From contig NC_017039.1 of NCBI RefSeq assembly GCF_000284455.1, forward strand, positions 570,001-602,000: a stretch of DNA of 32,000 nucleotides, given 5' to 3'. Shown piece after piece: positions 1 through 10,329 of the stretch (position 1 is the stretch's first letter; each line of letters opens with the position of its first letter). Position numbers and translations under genes: made by a program. Origin of the DNA: Synechocystis sp. PCC 6803 substr. PCC-P. GTDB lineage: Bacteria > Cyanobacteriota > Cyanobacteriia > Cyanobacteriales > Microcystaceae. Under the pieces are notes generated by a model. It worked only from the letters and a program-made list of their open reading frames with translations. It was not told the DNA's origin and did no database searches.

Positions 1-674
1 CCGATGGGGGCCAAACCTGGGCCCGCATTCCCTTGAGTGAGAAACTGCCCGGTGCTCCCTACAGTATTATTGCCCTGGGACCCCAGACGGCGGAGATGAT
101 TACGGATTTGGGCGCTATTTACAAAACCACCAATGGGGGCAAAAACTGGAAAGCTTTGGTGGAGGGGGCCGTAGGAGTAGCCCGCACCATTCAACGATCA
201 ACCGATGGCCGTTATGTGGCGGTGTCAGCCCGGGGTAATTTTTATTCCACCTGGGCACCGGGACAAACGGAATGGACTCCCCATAACCGCAATTCTTCCC
301 GACGCTTACAGACCATGGGCTATGGCAAGGACGGTCAACTATGGCTGTTGGCCCGGGGGGGACAACTCCAGTTCAGCACCGATCCCGATGCAGAGGAATG
401 GAGCGATGTGATTGCTCCCCAGGATAAAGGTAGTTGGGGTCTGCTCGATCTGTCTTTCCGTACCCCTGAAGAAGTATGGGTAGCGGGGGCCAGCGGTAAC
501 CTCTTGATGAGTCAAGACGGGGGGCAAACCTGGGCCAAGGACACTGGGGTAGAAGATATTCCAGCCAATCTTTATCGGGTGGTGTTCCTCAGTCCGGAAA
601 AAGGATTTGTGTTGGGGCAGGATGGGATTTTGCTCAAATATAACCCCAGCACCGAGGTGGCAATGGTTCCCTAG
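1..674 (+). CDS. ycf48: Photosystem II assembly factor Ycf48/HCF136, C-terminal part (5' end lies upstream of the window)
   Basis: Frame 3 is open from base 3 (DGGQTWARIPLSEKLPGAPY...) to TAG at 672-674. The 'M' at 33 in the ORF track is an internal TTG. Repeated propeller-blade motifs (GGKNW, GGQTW) and the position directly upstream of psbEFLJ fit cyanobacterial Ycf48. Confidence 0.9.
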   Translation, partial: DGGQTWARIPLSEKLPGAPYSIIALGPQTAEMITDLGAIYKTTNGGKNWKALVEGAVGVARTIQRSTDGRYVAVSARGNFYSTWAPGQTEWTPHNRNSSRRLQTMGYGKDGQLWLLARGGQLQFSTDPDAEEWSDVIAPQDKGSWGLLDLSFRTPEEVWVAGASGNLLMSQDGGQTWAKDTGVEDIPANLYRVVFLSPEKGFVLGQDGILLKYNPSTEVAMVP

Positions 675-759
675 GCGGCTCACAAAATAGTAGACTAGAC
701 TCTACTTGCTTTGCATTTGTCAGTCAATGTTGTTTTGAAAAATTGAAGGAGAACACAAA

Positions 760-1005
760 ATGTCAGGGACTACCGGCGAGCGTCCATTTTCCGATATTGT
801 CACCAGCATTCGCTACTGGGTGATCCACAGCATCACCATCCCGATGTTGTTTATTGCTGGTTGGTTGTTTGTCAGCACGGGCTTAGCCTACGATGCTTTT
901 GGCACTCCCCGCCCCGATGAATATTTCACCCAGACCCGTCAAGAGTTGCCCATTCTCCAGGAACGCTACGACATTAATCAGGAAATTCAAGAGTTTAATC
1001 AATAA
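760..1005 (+). CDS. psbE: Cytochrome b559 alpha subunit (PsbE)
   Basis: 81 aa, [52 protein letters not shown]... This is the canonical PsbE sequence with a single TM helix and the heme-ligand His. AGGAG lies upstream of the ATG. Confidence 0.97.
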
Positions 1006-1041
1006 AACATTTAATTGTTCTTTTTTAGTTGGTAATTAACA

Positions 1042-1176
1042 ATGGCAACCCAAAATCCTAATCAACCGGTTACTTATCCCATTTTTACGGTGCGCTGGCT
1101 GGCGGTTCACACCCTGGCGGTGCCCTCTGTCTTCTTTGTCGGGGCGATCGCCGCGATGCAATTTATTCAACGCTAG
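1042..1176 (+). CDS. psbF: Cytochrome b559 beta subunit (PsbF)
   Basis: Manual translation (44 aa, below the ORF-track cutoff): [44 protein letters not shown], stop TAG 1174-1176. Canonical PsbF with the His ligand in [11 protein letters not shown]. Confidence 0.95.
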
Positions 1177-1185
1177 GAGTTTTTC

Positions 1186-1305
1186 ATGGACAGAAATTCA
1201 AACCCAAACCGCCAACCGGTGGAATTGAACCGCACTTCTTTATACCTGGGTCTATTGTTGGTGGCTGTGTTGGGGATTTTGTTCTCCAGCTATTTCTTTA
1301 ACTAA
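1186..1305 (+). CDS. psbL: Photosystem II protein PsbL
   Basis: Manual translation (39 aa): [39 protein letters not shown], stop TAA 1303-1305. It starts 10 nt after the psbF stop. Confidence 0.95.
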
Positions 1306-1337
1306 ACTTTTTTAATACGCAATTTAGGAGGCATGGT

Positions 1338-1457
1338 ATGTTCGCAGAAGGCAGAATCCCTTTGTGGGTGGTGGGTGTAGTGGCCGGTATTGGCGCCATT
1401 GGTGTTCTAGGGTTATTTTTCTACGGAGCCTATGCTGGTTTAGGTTCTTCCATGTAA
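1338..1457 (+). CDS. psbJ: Photosystem II protein PsbJ
   Basis: Manual translation (39 aa): [39 protein letters not shown], stop TAA 1455-1457. AGGAGG lies 7-12 nt upstream. The ATG at 1333 is out of frame. Confidence 0.93.
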
Positions 1458-1491
1458 TCGAGGGCTAGCCGCCACACAATATCATGGTTTT

Positions 1492-1516
1492 AAGGTGGGC
1501 TTGGCCCACTTTTTTT
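1492..1516 (+). terminator. Rho-independent terminator of the psbEFLJ operon
   Basis: Stem AAGGTGGGC (1492-1500), loop TTG, stem GCCCACTTT (1504-1512). The core GTGGGC/GCCCAC pairing is perfect and runs into a 7-T tract at 1510-1516. Confidence 0.75.
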
Positions 1517-1541
1517 ATGGCAATTTTTCCTCCCAAAATAG

Positions 1542-2669
1542 ATGACAATGGCAATGCAACCCCAAACTTTGGTGATTAAAATTGGTACTTCTAGCCTAGC
1601 TCGTCCGGAAACGGGTCAGTTGGCCCTCTCCACCATTGCCGCTTTGGTGGAAACTGTATGCAAGTTGATCGGCCAAGGCCATCGGGTGGTGCTAGTCTCC
1701 TCTGGAGCCATAGGAGTAGGTTGTAGTCGTTTGGGCCTGACAGAAAGGCCAAAAAAAATGGCCTTAAAGCAGGCGATCGCCGCTGTGGGCCAGGGCAGAT
1801 TAATGCGGACCTATGACGACCTTTTTAGTAGCCTCCGGCAACCCATTGCCCAAATTTTGCTCACCAGACGGGAATTAATTGAGCGTACCGCCTATGTCAA
1901 CGCCTACAACACGTTCCAAGCTCTGTTTGAGTTGGGGGTGATTGCCATTGTCAATGAAAACGACACGGTGGCGATCGATGAACTAAAATTTGGCGACAAT
2001 GATACTTTGTCGGCTTTAGTGGCCAGCTTGGTGGAAGCGGATTGGCTATTTTTGCTCACTGACGTTGACCGCCTTTATTCCAGTGACCCCCGTTTAGATC
2101 CCGATGCCTATCCCATTCCCCTAGTCAAAGCCGCGGAATTAGCCCAATTACAAGTCCGCACCGATAGCACTGGTTCCGCCTGGGGCACCGGCGGCATGGC
2201 CACCAAAATCACCGCTGCCCGCATTGCTACGGGATCAGGAGTCCGCACCGTCATCACCCATGGCCAAAAACCTGAGCAAATTTTAGCCATCCTCCAGGGA
2301 GCTAATTTGGGCACTCAGTTTGAAGCCCAACCCCGCTCCGATAATGCTCGTAAACGTTGGATCGCCTATGGTTTAGTGCCCACCGGGAAAATTTTCATTG
2401 ACGCTGGGGCGGTCCAGGCCCTCAAAGCTAGGGGCAAATCCCTATTGGCGATCGGGGTGGTTGCCCTAGAAGGGGAATTCAGTGCCACCGATGCCGTCAT
2501 AATCTGTGATCCCCAGGGTCAAGAATTAGGGCGGGGATTAGTTAATTACAACTGTAACGAGCTAGAAAAAATTAAGGGACTCCATTCCGAGGCGATCGCC
2601 GCAGTGTTAGGCTACGTGGGGCCAGATACAGTGATCCATCGAGATAATTTAGTATTACAAGAAAATTAG
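1542..2669 (+). CDS. proB: Glutamate 5-kinase with C-terminal PUA domain
   Basis: 375 aa. N-terminal amino-acid-kinase fold ([10 protein letters not shown]..., [36 protein letters not shown]) and a C-terminal PUA-like region ([25 protein letters not shown]). Three in-frame ATGs (1542, 1548, 1554) make the exact start uncertain. Confidence 0.92.
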   Translation: MTMAMQPQTLVIKIGTSSLARPETGQLALSTIAALVETVCKLIGQGHRVVLVSSGAIGVGCSRLGLTERPKKMALKQAIAAVGQGRLMRTYDDLFSSLRQPIAQILLTRRELIERTAYVNAYNTFQALFELGVIAIVNENDTVAIDELKFGDNDTLSALVASLVEADWLFLLTDVDRLYSSDPRLDPDAYPIPLVKAAELAQLQVRTDSTGSAWGTGGMATKITAARIATGSGVRTVITHGQKPEQILAILQGANLGTQFEAQPRSDNARKRWIAYGLVPTGKIFIDAGAVQALKARGKSLLAIGVVALEGEFSATDAVIICDPQGQELGRGLVNYNCNELEKIKGLHSEAIAAVLGYVGPDTVIHRDNLVLQEN

Positions 2670-2837
2670 AAGAGTCTGAAGACAGACAAATGATTTTACG
2701 AATTATTTTTGTCCCAACCCGGTATGTTGGCAGAATTAATCCCAGATATTGAAGAAAGTTGGGAGTTCGCCTATCGCTCTTCTATCATTGTAGGAAGGAT
2801 AAAACAGAGAAGAGAGGGTGAAAGGCAGAGGTGATAT

Positions 2838-3011
2838 ATGGTTGCCCCCGTCAAGCAAAAGAAACAGTACAGTTTATCGACAAATATTGTGAAAGCTACA
2901 GAGACTTACTTTCCAGAAGTAAGAAGCTTTGAGTACTTTAAATATTTGCATCTAGGATTAATAGCGAATATCAGGAGAAAAACATTTCCAGAAATAGCCA
3001 GGGTAGTATAG
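2838..3011 (+). pseudogene. N-terminal remnant of a DDE transposase (IS701/IS4-superfamily-like)
   Basis: 57 codons, MVAPVKQKKQYSLSTNIVKATETYFPEVRSFEYFKYLHLGLIANIRRKTFPEIARVV*. The F..F..YL.GL....RK....IA pattern is typical of IS701-type transposase N-termini. The ORF stops after 57 aa with no DDE domain following, and it lies in an AT-rich region. Confidence 0.45.
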
Positions 3012-3079
3012 CAAAATCGCATAGACAAAGTTATTCAAGATTACTGCATAGCCTAGTGCCTCATAGTTATACTAATTAG

Positions 3080-3226
3080 TTATATTTCTCGCAGGTCCAA
3101 CTCTCTAGGACGCCCAAATCCTTTCGGTGCTGGTAACTTGGGCTCGATTATCTTCCAATCCTCATCACTCATGTCACTGGCGTATAGCTTGCGCTGAGGA
3201 TTAACTACGTTCGGCAAATTGCTCAT
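3080..3226 (-). pseudogene. N-terminal remnant of an IS5-family (DUF4096-type) transposase
   Basis: Minus-strand translation MSNLPNVVNPQRKLYASDMSDEDWKIIEPKLPAPKGFGRPRELDLREI*. The motif S/D-L-(S/T)-D-E-(E/D)-W..IEP.LP......GRPR...R.I is the characteristic N-terminus of IS5/IS1182-group transposases. It is truncated after 48 aa. Confidence 0.6.
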
Positions 3227-3509
3227 CGACAATACTCAATTTTTATCTTTTCACCATAAAAAACAGATTTTTCCTATCCTCTTTTCTTTATATTTTCTTT
3301 AGAAATCACTTCTAAGGAATCATTTATTGTTAAGCGGAACCAAAGATTACGCTGATGCAATGAATGAACAAATGAAAGCGATTATCTCTATGCGAAATAA
3401 CAGGGTTATAATTCGTCAATCTAGGGAATTCGCTTTTAATCGTGCCCTTCGTCAACCAATAAGAACATGGGCAAGTAGTGGAATTTGTTTATACCCCTAT
3501 GATCAAGTG

Positions 3510-4682
3510 CAGAAGTGTTGAACGATAGTTATAAAGAGAAAAAAGCTCTTTAAAATGATAGAATAAAGGGCAGAAATATTAGAATAATTGAAGCGATGAT
3601 ATCAAATTTTGGACATATTGTAAAAACTTATCTATCTAATTTTCCTAAACATGACTACCCAGTATTAGACACATTTAAGTTTGTGAGTATCTGGTTAGGA
3701 TTAGTGTTAGACCAGAGCCAGACAAGCATGAGGAGTATGTTTAAAAGACTGAACTTACGAGGAGAGACAGTCGATATATCTACATTCTCAAAGGCAAGCA
3801 AAAAAAGGGATGTGGGAGTTTTTAGAGAAATAATATTTTCCTTAAAAAAGGAATTGTCGAAAAGGAAGGAAATTAAGCAGAGAGAATTAGAAATATTTCC
3901 TCTCGATTCAACCATTGTCAGCATAACTAGGAAGTTGATGTGGAACCTTGGATTTCATCAGGTAAAATTATTCAGTGAGATTAACTTATCAACAGGGATT
4001 CCGGGGGGAATAGTAATTCACTTTGGACAAGGTCATGATAATAAATATGGGAATGAAACAATAGAAGAGACTCCAGAAAATGGAGTAGCAGTAATGGATA
4101 GAGGATTTTGTGACTTACAGAGAATCAAGAGATTACAAAAGGAGAATAACAAATATCATGTATTAAGAATAAAGAATAATATAAAGCTAGAAAAATTAGC
4201 CAATGATAACTATATGGTTGGAACTGGAAAGAATAAAATAGAGAGTAGAGTGGTAATATTCACCCATGATAATTCAGAGTTTAGATTGGTTACAAATTTA
4301 CCTATAGAAAGTAAAGAAATAGAAGGAGTTAGTGATGAAAAAATAGCAGAAATTTATAAAAAAAGATGGCAAATAGAATTGTTATGGAAATTCTTAAAAA
4401 TGCACTTAAAGCTGAATAGACTGATTGCCAAAAATGAGAATGCAATTGGGATTCAAATCTATACCTGTATAATTGCTTATTTAATACTAAAATTACTGGT
4501 AATCCCAAAAGAAGCAGGTACAACAATGTTAGACAAACTACGTTATTTACAGGCTTTCATGTGTGAAAAAATAAGCTATGTACACTGGCTAAGGGAGTTA
4601 GCACTAAGGTGATGAATTTGCTTTGCTGTAGGATTATTCTGTCTATTTTTAGGTCGTACATAAGTGCGATTCAACGATTCTG
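3510..4682 (+). mobile_element. Apparently intact IS4-family insertion sequence (about 1.17 kb; resembles the ISY203 type of Synechocystis, from memory)
   Basis: It contains the 338-aa transposase ORF. There are imperfect terminal inverted repeats: the left end CAGAAGTGTTGAACGATAG... (from 3510) pairs with the reverse complement of the right end, CAGAATCGTTGAATCGCAC... (ending at 4682). A second matching block is AAAATGATAGAATAA (3552-3566) versus AAAATAGACAGAATAA (reverse complement of 4634-4649). No flanking target-site duplication was found. Boundaries are +/-10 bp. Confidence 0.65.
3596..4612 (+). CDS. IS4-family DDE transposase
   Basis: 338 aa. DDE-type features are present (FPLDSTIVS, VAVMDRGF), along with the IS4 C-terminal signature Y-x2-R-x3-E-x6-K in YKKRWQIELLWKFLK. 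Codon usage is strongly AT-rich compared with its neighbours. Confidence 0.88.
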   Translation: MISNFGHIVKTYLSNFPKHDYPVLDTFKFVSIWLGLVLDQSQTSMRSMFKRLNLRGETVDISTFSKASKKRDVGVFREIIFSLKKELSKRKEIKQRELEIFPLDSTIVSITRKLMWNLGFHQVKLFSEINLSTGIPGGIVIHFGQGHDNKYGNETIEETPENGVAVMDRGFCDLQRIKRLQKENNKYHVLRIKNNIKLEKLANDNYMVGTGKNKIESRVVIFTHDNSEFRLVTNLPIESKEIEGVSDEKIAEIYKKRWQIELLWKFLKMHLKLNRLIAKNENAIGIQIYTCIIAYLILKLLVIPKEAGTTMLDKLRYLQAFMCEKISYVHWLRELALR

Positions 4683-4693
4683 AGCTTCACCAG

Positions 4694-5566
4694 ATGCAGA
4701 AATCTATTAATCTTCTCCAGCAAACAGTCCAACAGGGTTTTGATGATGTTAATCATCGCCTTGATAAAATGTCACAACAATTAGGTTACATTTGCCTAGT
4801 TGTTCAGGATAGTCGAGCTAAACAGGAAAAATTAGCCCAAGCCATTGCCCATTTTTATCAGAGCAGTTTAGTCAGAGAGATAGCAGATTTACAATCTGAA
4901 CTTCAAACAATCAACCGTTTTCCTGAACAATCTCCCATTGGAGCCATTAAAGCCGCAAATCGTAGCCGTTTATTTTTAAGCCATGAAGCACTCAAAATCA
5001 CCCCAGAGCTAGAAGCAGAATTAATGCTAAATAGTGACATTGCTATTCAAGGTTGGGCCGTTGCTACCATTACCGAAGCTAATTTATTGATGGAAATAGG
5101 TCATCACCAGGATGCCAAAGATGTTTTACGGGAAGAAGTTGTTAAATTTAAACAATTATCTGAAAATTGGTCAAAGGCATTATTGGACGATGCTAATGAT
5201 AGCCTTAATACTTCCTACCGCTTTCTTGGCAAGCCATTTAACGAGTTTATTCTACCTGAAAGAATAGAGCGAATTTGTCAAATTCATCCCAAGGATTTTA
5301 ACTTAACTCCAGATCAAGTACGACGCATTAAAAGTGAAATTGCTGTTGAATTTGATATGTCCTATGCACCCGAACGCTATAACCAAGCTTGGATTAATAA
5401 ACAATTGGCGATCGCCGAATATTTAGACACTCTTAGTGAATTATTAGCTAGGCTAGATACCCTGCAAAACTTTGCCCAATTATGCCAAGATCGAGGTGTT
5501 AAAAGTAGCAGGGAATTGCTTCCGGGTAATGATGCAGAGCCAGGACTGTATTTGTTACCAGGATAG
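4694..5566 (+). CDS. Hypothetical all-helical/coiled-coil protein (about 290 aa)
   Basis: Long ORF (the track gives 4664-5566 with a GTG start). The GTG at 4664 lies inside the IS right inverted repeat, so the first ATG outside the IS (4694, MQKSINLLQQTV...) is used here. No catalytic motif was recognised. It contains one HIP1 site (5408). Confidence 0.6.
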   Translation: MQKSINLLQQTVQQGFDDVNHRLDKMSQQLGYICLVVQDSRAKQEKLAQAIAHFYQSSLVREIADLQSELQTINRFPEQSPIGAIKAANRSRLFLSHEALKITPELEAELMLNSDIAIQGWAVATITEANLLMEIGHHQDAKDVLREEVVKFKQLSENWSKALLDDANDSLNTSYRFLGKPFNEFILPERIERICQIHPKDFNLTPDQVRRIKSEIAVEFDMSYAPERYNQAWINKQLAIAEYLDTLSELLARLDTLQNFAQLCQDRGVKSSRELLPGNDAEPGLYLLPG

Positions 5567-5578
5567 TGAAGGAATATT

Positions 5579-6229
5579 ATGCCTATTACAGAATTAGCCC
5601 CCGTCTCGAAATTTATTTTGCTTGAACCCGTAAGTTGGCTAACTTTTAACCAATTGCTTCAGGATTTGGGTGAAAAGCGAGGAATTCGCCTTGCTTATTG
5701 TCAAGGAACTTTAGAAATTATGACTCCCCTCGGAGAACATGAACATAATAATCGCTTTCTAGAGCGGTTAATTTACACCACCGTTGACATCTTGAACTTG
5801 GAAATTAAAAGTCTAGGTTCCCTAACCCTAAGAGTTAATCGGCTGGAGAAAGGCATAGAACCAGATTCTTGCTTTTACCTGCAAAATGAGTCTATTGTTC
5901 GCCACAAACAGGATATTGATCTTAATGTTGATCCTCCCCCCGATTTAGTCATTGAAATTGATATTACCAGTAGCTCCCTAGACAAATTAGCAATTTATGG
6001 TGCTTTAGGAGTGCCCGAAATTTGGCGATATGACGGTCGAACTTTACAGGCTTATTTGTGGAATGGGGCTCAGCAAATCTATGAAACTTCTGAGCAGAGC
6101 TTGGCTTTGCATCCCTTGAAAGTTAAGGATTTGACTGTCTTTCTGCGCCAAAGTCTCCAAGACGGAGAAACAGCAACGATTAGGCAATTTCGTCAATGGC
6201 TGATCGAACAACTAGGCGAAGGTGAATAA
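5579..6229 (+). CDS. Uma2-family (DUF820) putative PD-(D/E)xK nuclease-fold protein
   Basis: 216 aa with typical family features: N-terminal 'W..F..L....G...RLAY..GTLEIM.P', core 'PDLVIEIDITSSS', and 'Y..LGVPEIWRYD'. It starts 12 nt after the upstream ORF, with GAAGG before the ATG. Confidence 0.85.
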   Translation: MPITELAPVSKFILLEPVSWLTFNQLLQDLGEKRGIRLAYCQGTLEIMTPLGEHEHNNRFLERLIYTTVDILNLEIKSLGSLTLRVNRLEKGIEPDSCFYLQNESIVRHKQDIDLNVDPPPDLVIEIDITSSSLDKLAIYGALGVPEIWRYDGRTLQAYLWNGAQQIYETSEQSLALHPLKVKDLTVFLRQSLQDGETATIRQFRQWLIEQLGEGE

Positions 6230-6240
6230 ATTAGTACAGA

Positions 6241-7005
6241 CTAAAAGCCTTGACCCACTTCCAGATAGCGGGTTTTACCCTGACGGGATAGGATCGCCTG
6301 CTGACCGTTAACCGCCGCCAATTGCCAACCGCTACTACCGATCGCCTCACCGATTTGAATGCGTTGGGTCATGCCATTCCAGCGGAACAGAGCCGAAGAA
6401 AGCTCACCGGATTCCAGAACTCCTACTAAATCGTGTTTAGTTTTACTGGGCACCATCGGCACTGCCGGGGGAGCAGCGGCCACGGGTTGGGGGGGAATTG
6501 CCATGGCTGGAGCAGCTTGGCCGTTGGGGTAAACGGGGTAATAATATCGTTCCACCACAGTGGTACTACCAGGAGCGACTGCGGTCAGATTGCCACCATT
6601 ATTTTGGGGCACAGCGCCGGGGGGAGGCGGGGGAAGGGGAATACCTTGGTTAGCAGGGGCGATCGCCACCGTTGTTTGGTTGGGGGTTACCGGAGGGTTA
6701 ACACCAGTGAGGGCGGAGGAAGCTGGCAATGATTGGGGCTGTTTAAGGGTTTCTAAGGACTGTTGCAGATAAACAATAAATTCTTCGTCCGCTTGATCCA
6801 CCGTCACCGTTTCCGTAGGCGATGTCGCAGAGGGATTGGGTTGTCGGGATTGAAACACTAGCCAAAAACTAACTAACAGCATATAGGCAACGCCACCGCC
6901 TAGGAAAATTTTGTCGATGTGCTTCAACCACCAAGGCTTTTTCGAGCTTTCCAGTCCTTCGTACTTGTCCATTGTCCCCACCCACGGAAAAAAGATGTTG
7001 CCCAT
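6241..7005 (-). CDS. Membrane-anchored Pro-rich protein with a PilP/GspC-HR-like C-terminal domain (hypothetical)
   Basis: 254 aa. One TM helix (IFLGGGVAYMLLVSFWLVF) is followed by about 130 aa of Pro/Ala/Gln-rich linker (PLPPPPPGAVP..., AIPPQPVAAAPPAVP). The C-terminus is DLVGVLESGELSSALFRWNGMTQRIQIGEAIGSSGWQLAAVNGQQAILSRQGKTRYLEVG. An alternative ATG lies at 6972. It sits 30 nt downstream of the topoisomerase gene on the same strand. Confidence 0.7.
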   Translation of the reverse strand: MGNIFFPWVGTMDKYEGLESSKKPWWLKHIDKIFLGGGVAYMLLVSFWLVFQSRQPNPSATSPTETVTVDQADEEFIVYLQQSLETLKQPQSLPASSALTGVNPPVTPNQTTVAIAPANQGIPLPPPPPGAVPQNNGGNLTAVAPGSTTVVERYYYPVYPNGQAAPAMAIPPQPVAAAPPAVPMVPSKTKHDLVGVLESGELSSALFRWNGMTQRIQIGEAIGSSGWQLAAVNGQQAILSRQGKTRYLEVGQGF

Positions 7006-7035
7006 TCTAGCCGAAAATTTCCCCGGGTCTAACCT

Positions 7036-9798
<2,763 letters not shown>

Positions 9799-9888
9799 GC
9801 CGCTGGGAACCTGTGCGCTCGTCAATTCGCGGCCAATGTTAGCATTGGAAAGGCTGATTCTCCTCCCCACTTTGCCGGGTACAGTTTT

Positions 9889-10296
9889 ATGACAACGGTT
9901 CTCATCGTCGAAGACGACCCCATGAACTTCCGGGTTTTTTCCAAAATTCTCACTAAGCGGGGGGGCTTCACCGTCAAGGGCAGCGAGGATGTGGCGGAGG
10001 TGTTGGCCTTAGCTCGGAGCAAGGCGGTGGACGTGATTTTGATCGATGTGTCTCTGTCCCGCAGTCATTACCAAGGTAAGGCCTATAACGGCATTCAAAT
10101 TACCCAACTGCTCAAACAAGACCCTGCCACGGCCAGCCTACCAGTGATTTTGGTCACAGCCCATGCCATGGTCGGCGATCGGGAGTCTTTATTGGCCCAA
10201 AGTGGCGCAGAAGGCTACATAGCTAAACCGGTGGTGGACCACCAAGCTTTTGTAAACCAAATTCAAACCATGGCTGGAGGCGATCGGGCGGTTTAA
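9889..10296 (+). CDS. Single-domain CheY-like response regulator (receiver only)
   Basis: The start is set at ATG 9889 ([16 protein letters not shown]...). The acidic pocket EDD, phospho-acceptor Asp in ILIDVSL, T in LVTAH and K in YIAKP are all present. No output domain (135 aa). Confidence 0.88.
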   Translation: MTTVLIVEDDPMNFRVFSKILTKRGGFTVKGSEDVAEVLALARSKAVDVILIDVSLSRSHYQGKAYNGIQITQLLKQDPATASLPVILVTAHAMVGDRESLLAQSGAEGYIAKPVVDHQAFVNQIQTMAGGDRAV

Positions 10297-10329
10297 CCCC
10301 TTAGCCTAAAGATTTACCCGTTATTTTTC

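Noticed and set aside
205-683. ORFs 205-411 (+) and 339-683 (-) overlapping ycf48
   Set aside because: They sit in alternative frames of a well-recognised gene, have unconvincing composition, and start within it.
689-706. Hairpin AGTAGA-CTAGAC-TCTACT between ycf48 and psbE
   Set aside because: It is an AT-rich 6-bp stem without a proper U-tract. It could be an attenuator or processing site but is too weak to call from sequence alone.
2675-2688. Short hairpin GTCTG-AAGA-CAGAC just after the proB stop
   Set aside because: It has only a 5-bp stem and no following T-tract, which is insufficient to call a terminator.
3327-3521. 64-codon TTG-initiated ORF between the IS5 remnant and the intact IS
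   Set aside because: It has no recognisable family, a non-ATG start, an AT-rich context, and ends inside the IS left inverted repeat. It may be a remnant of a disrupted gene or chance, so it is not called as a gene.
6433-6772. Plus-strand ORFs 6433-6732 and 6560-6772 with Gly-rich translations
   Set aside because: They are the antisense of the Pro-rich linker (CCN codons read as GGN) of the 254-aa minus-strand gene, so they are an artefact of low-complexity sequence.
9799-9870. GTG-extended N-terminus of the topoisomerase gene (track start 9870)
   Set aside because: The extension ([24 protein letters not shown]) precedes the conserved region and would consume the 90-bp divergent spacer, ending only 19 nt from the receiver gene's ATG start at 9889. 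ATG 9798 gives a normal N-terminus. This is not excluded experimentally.
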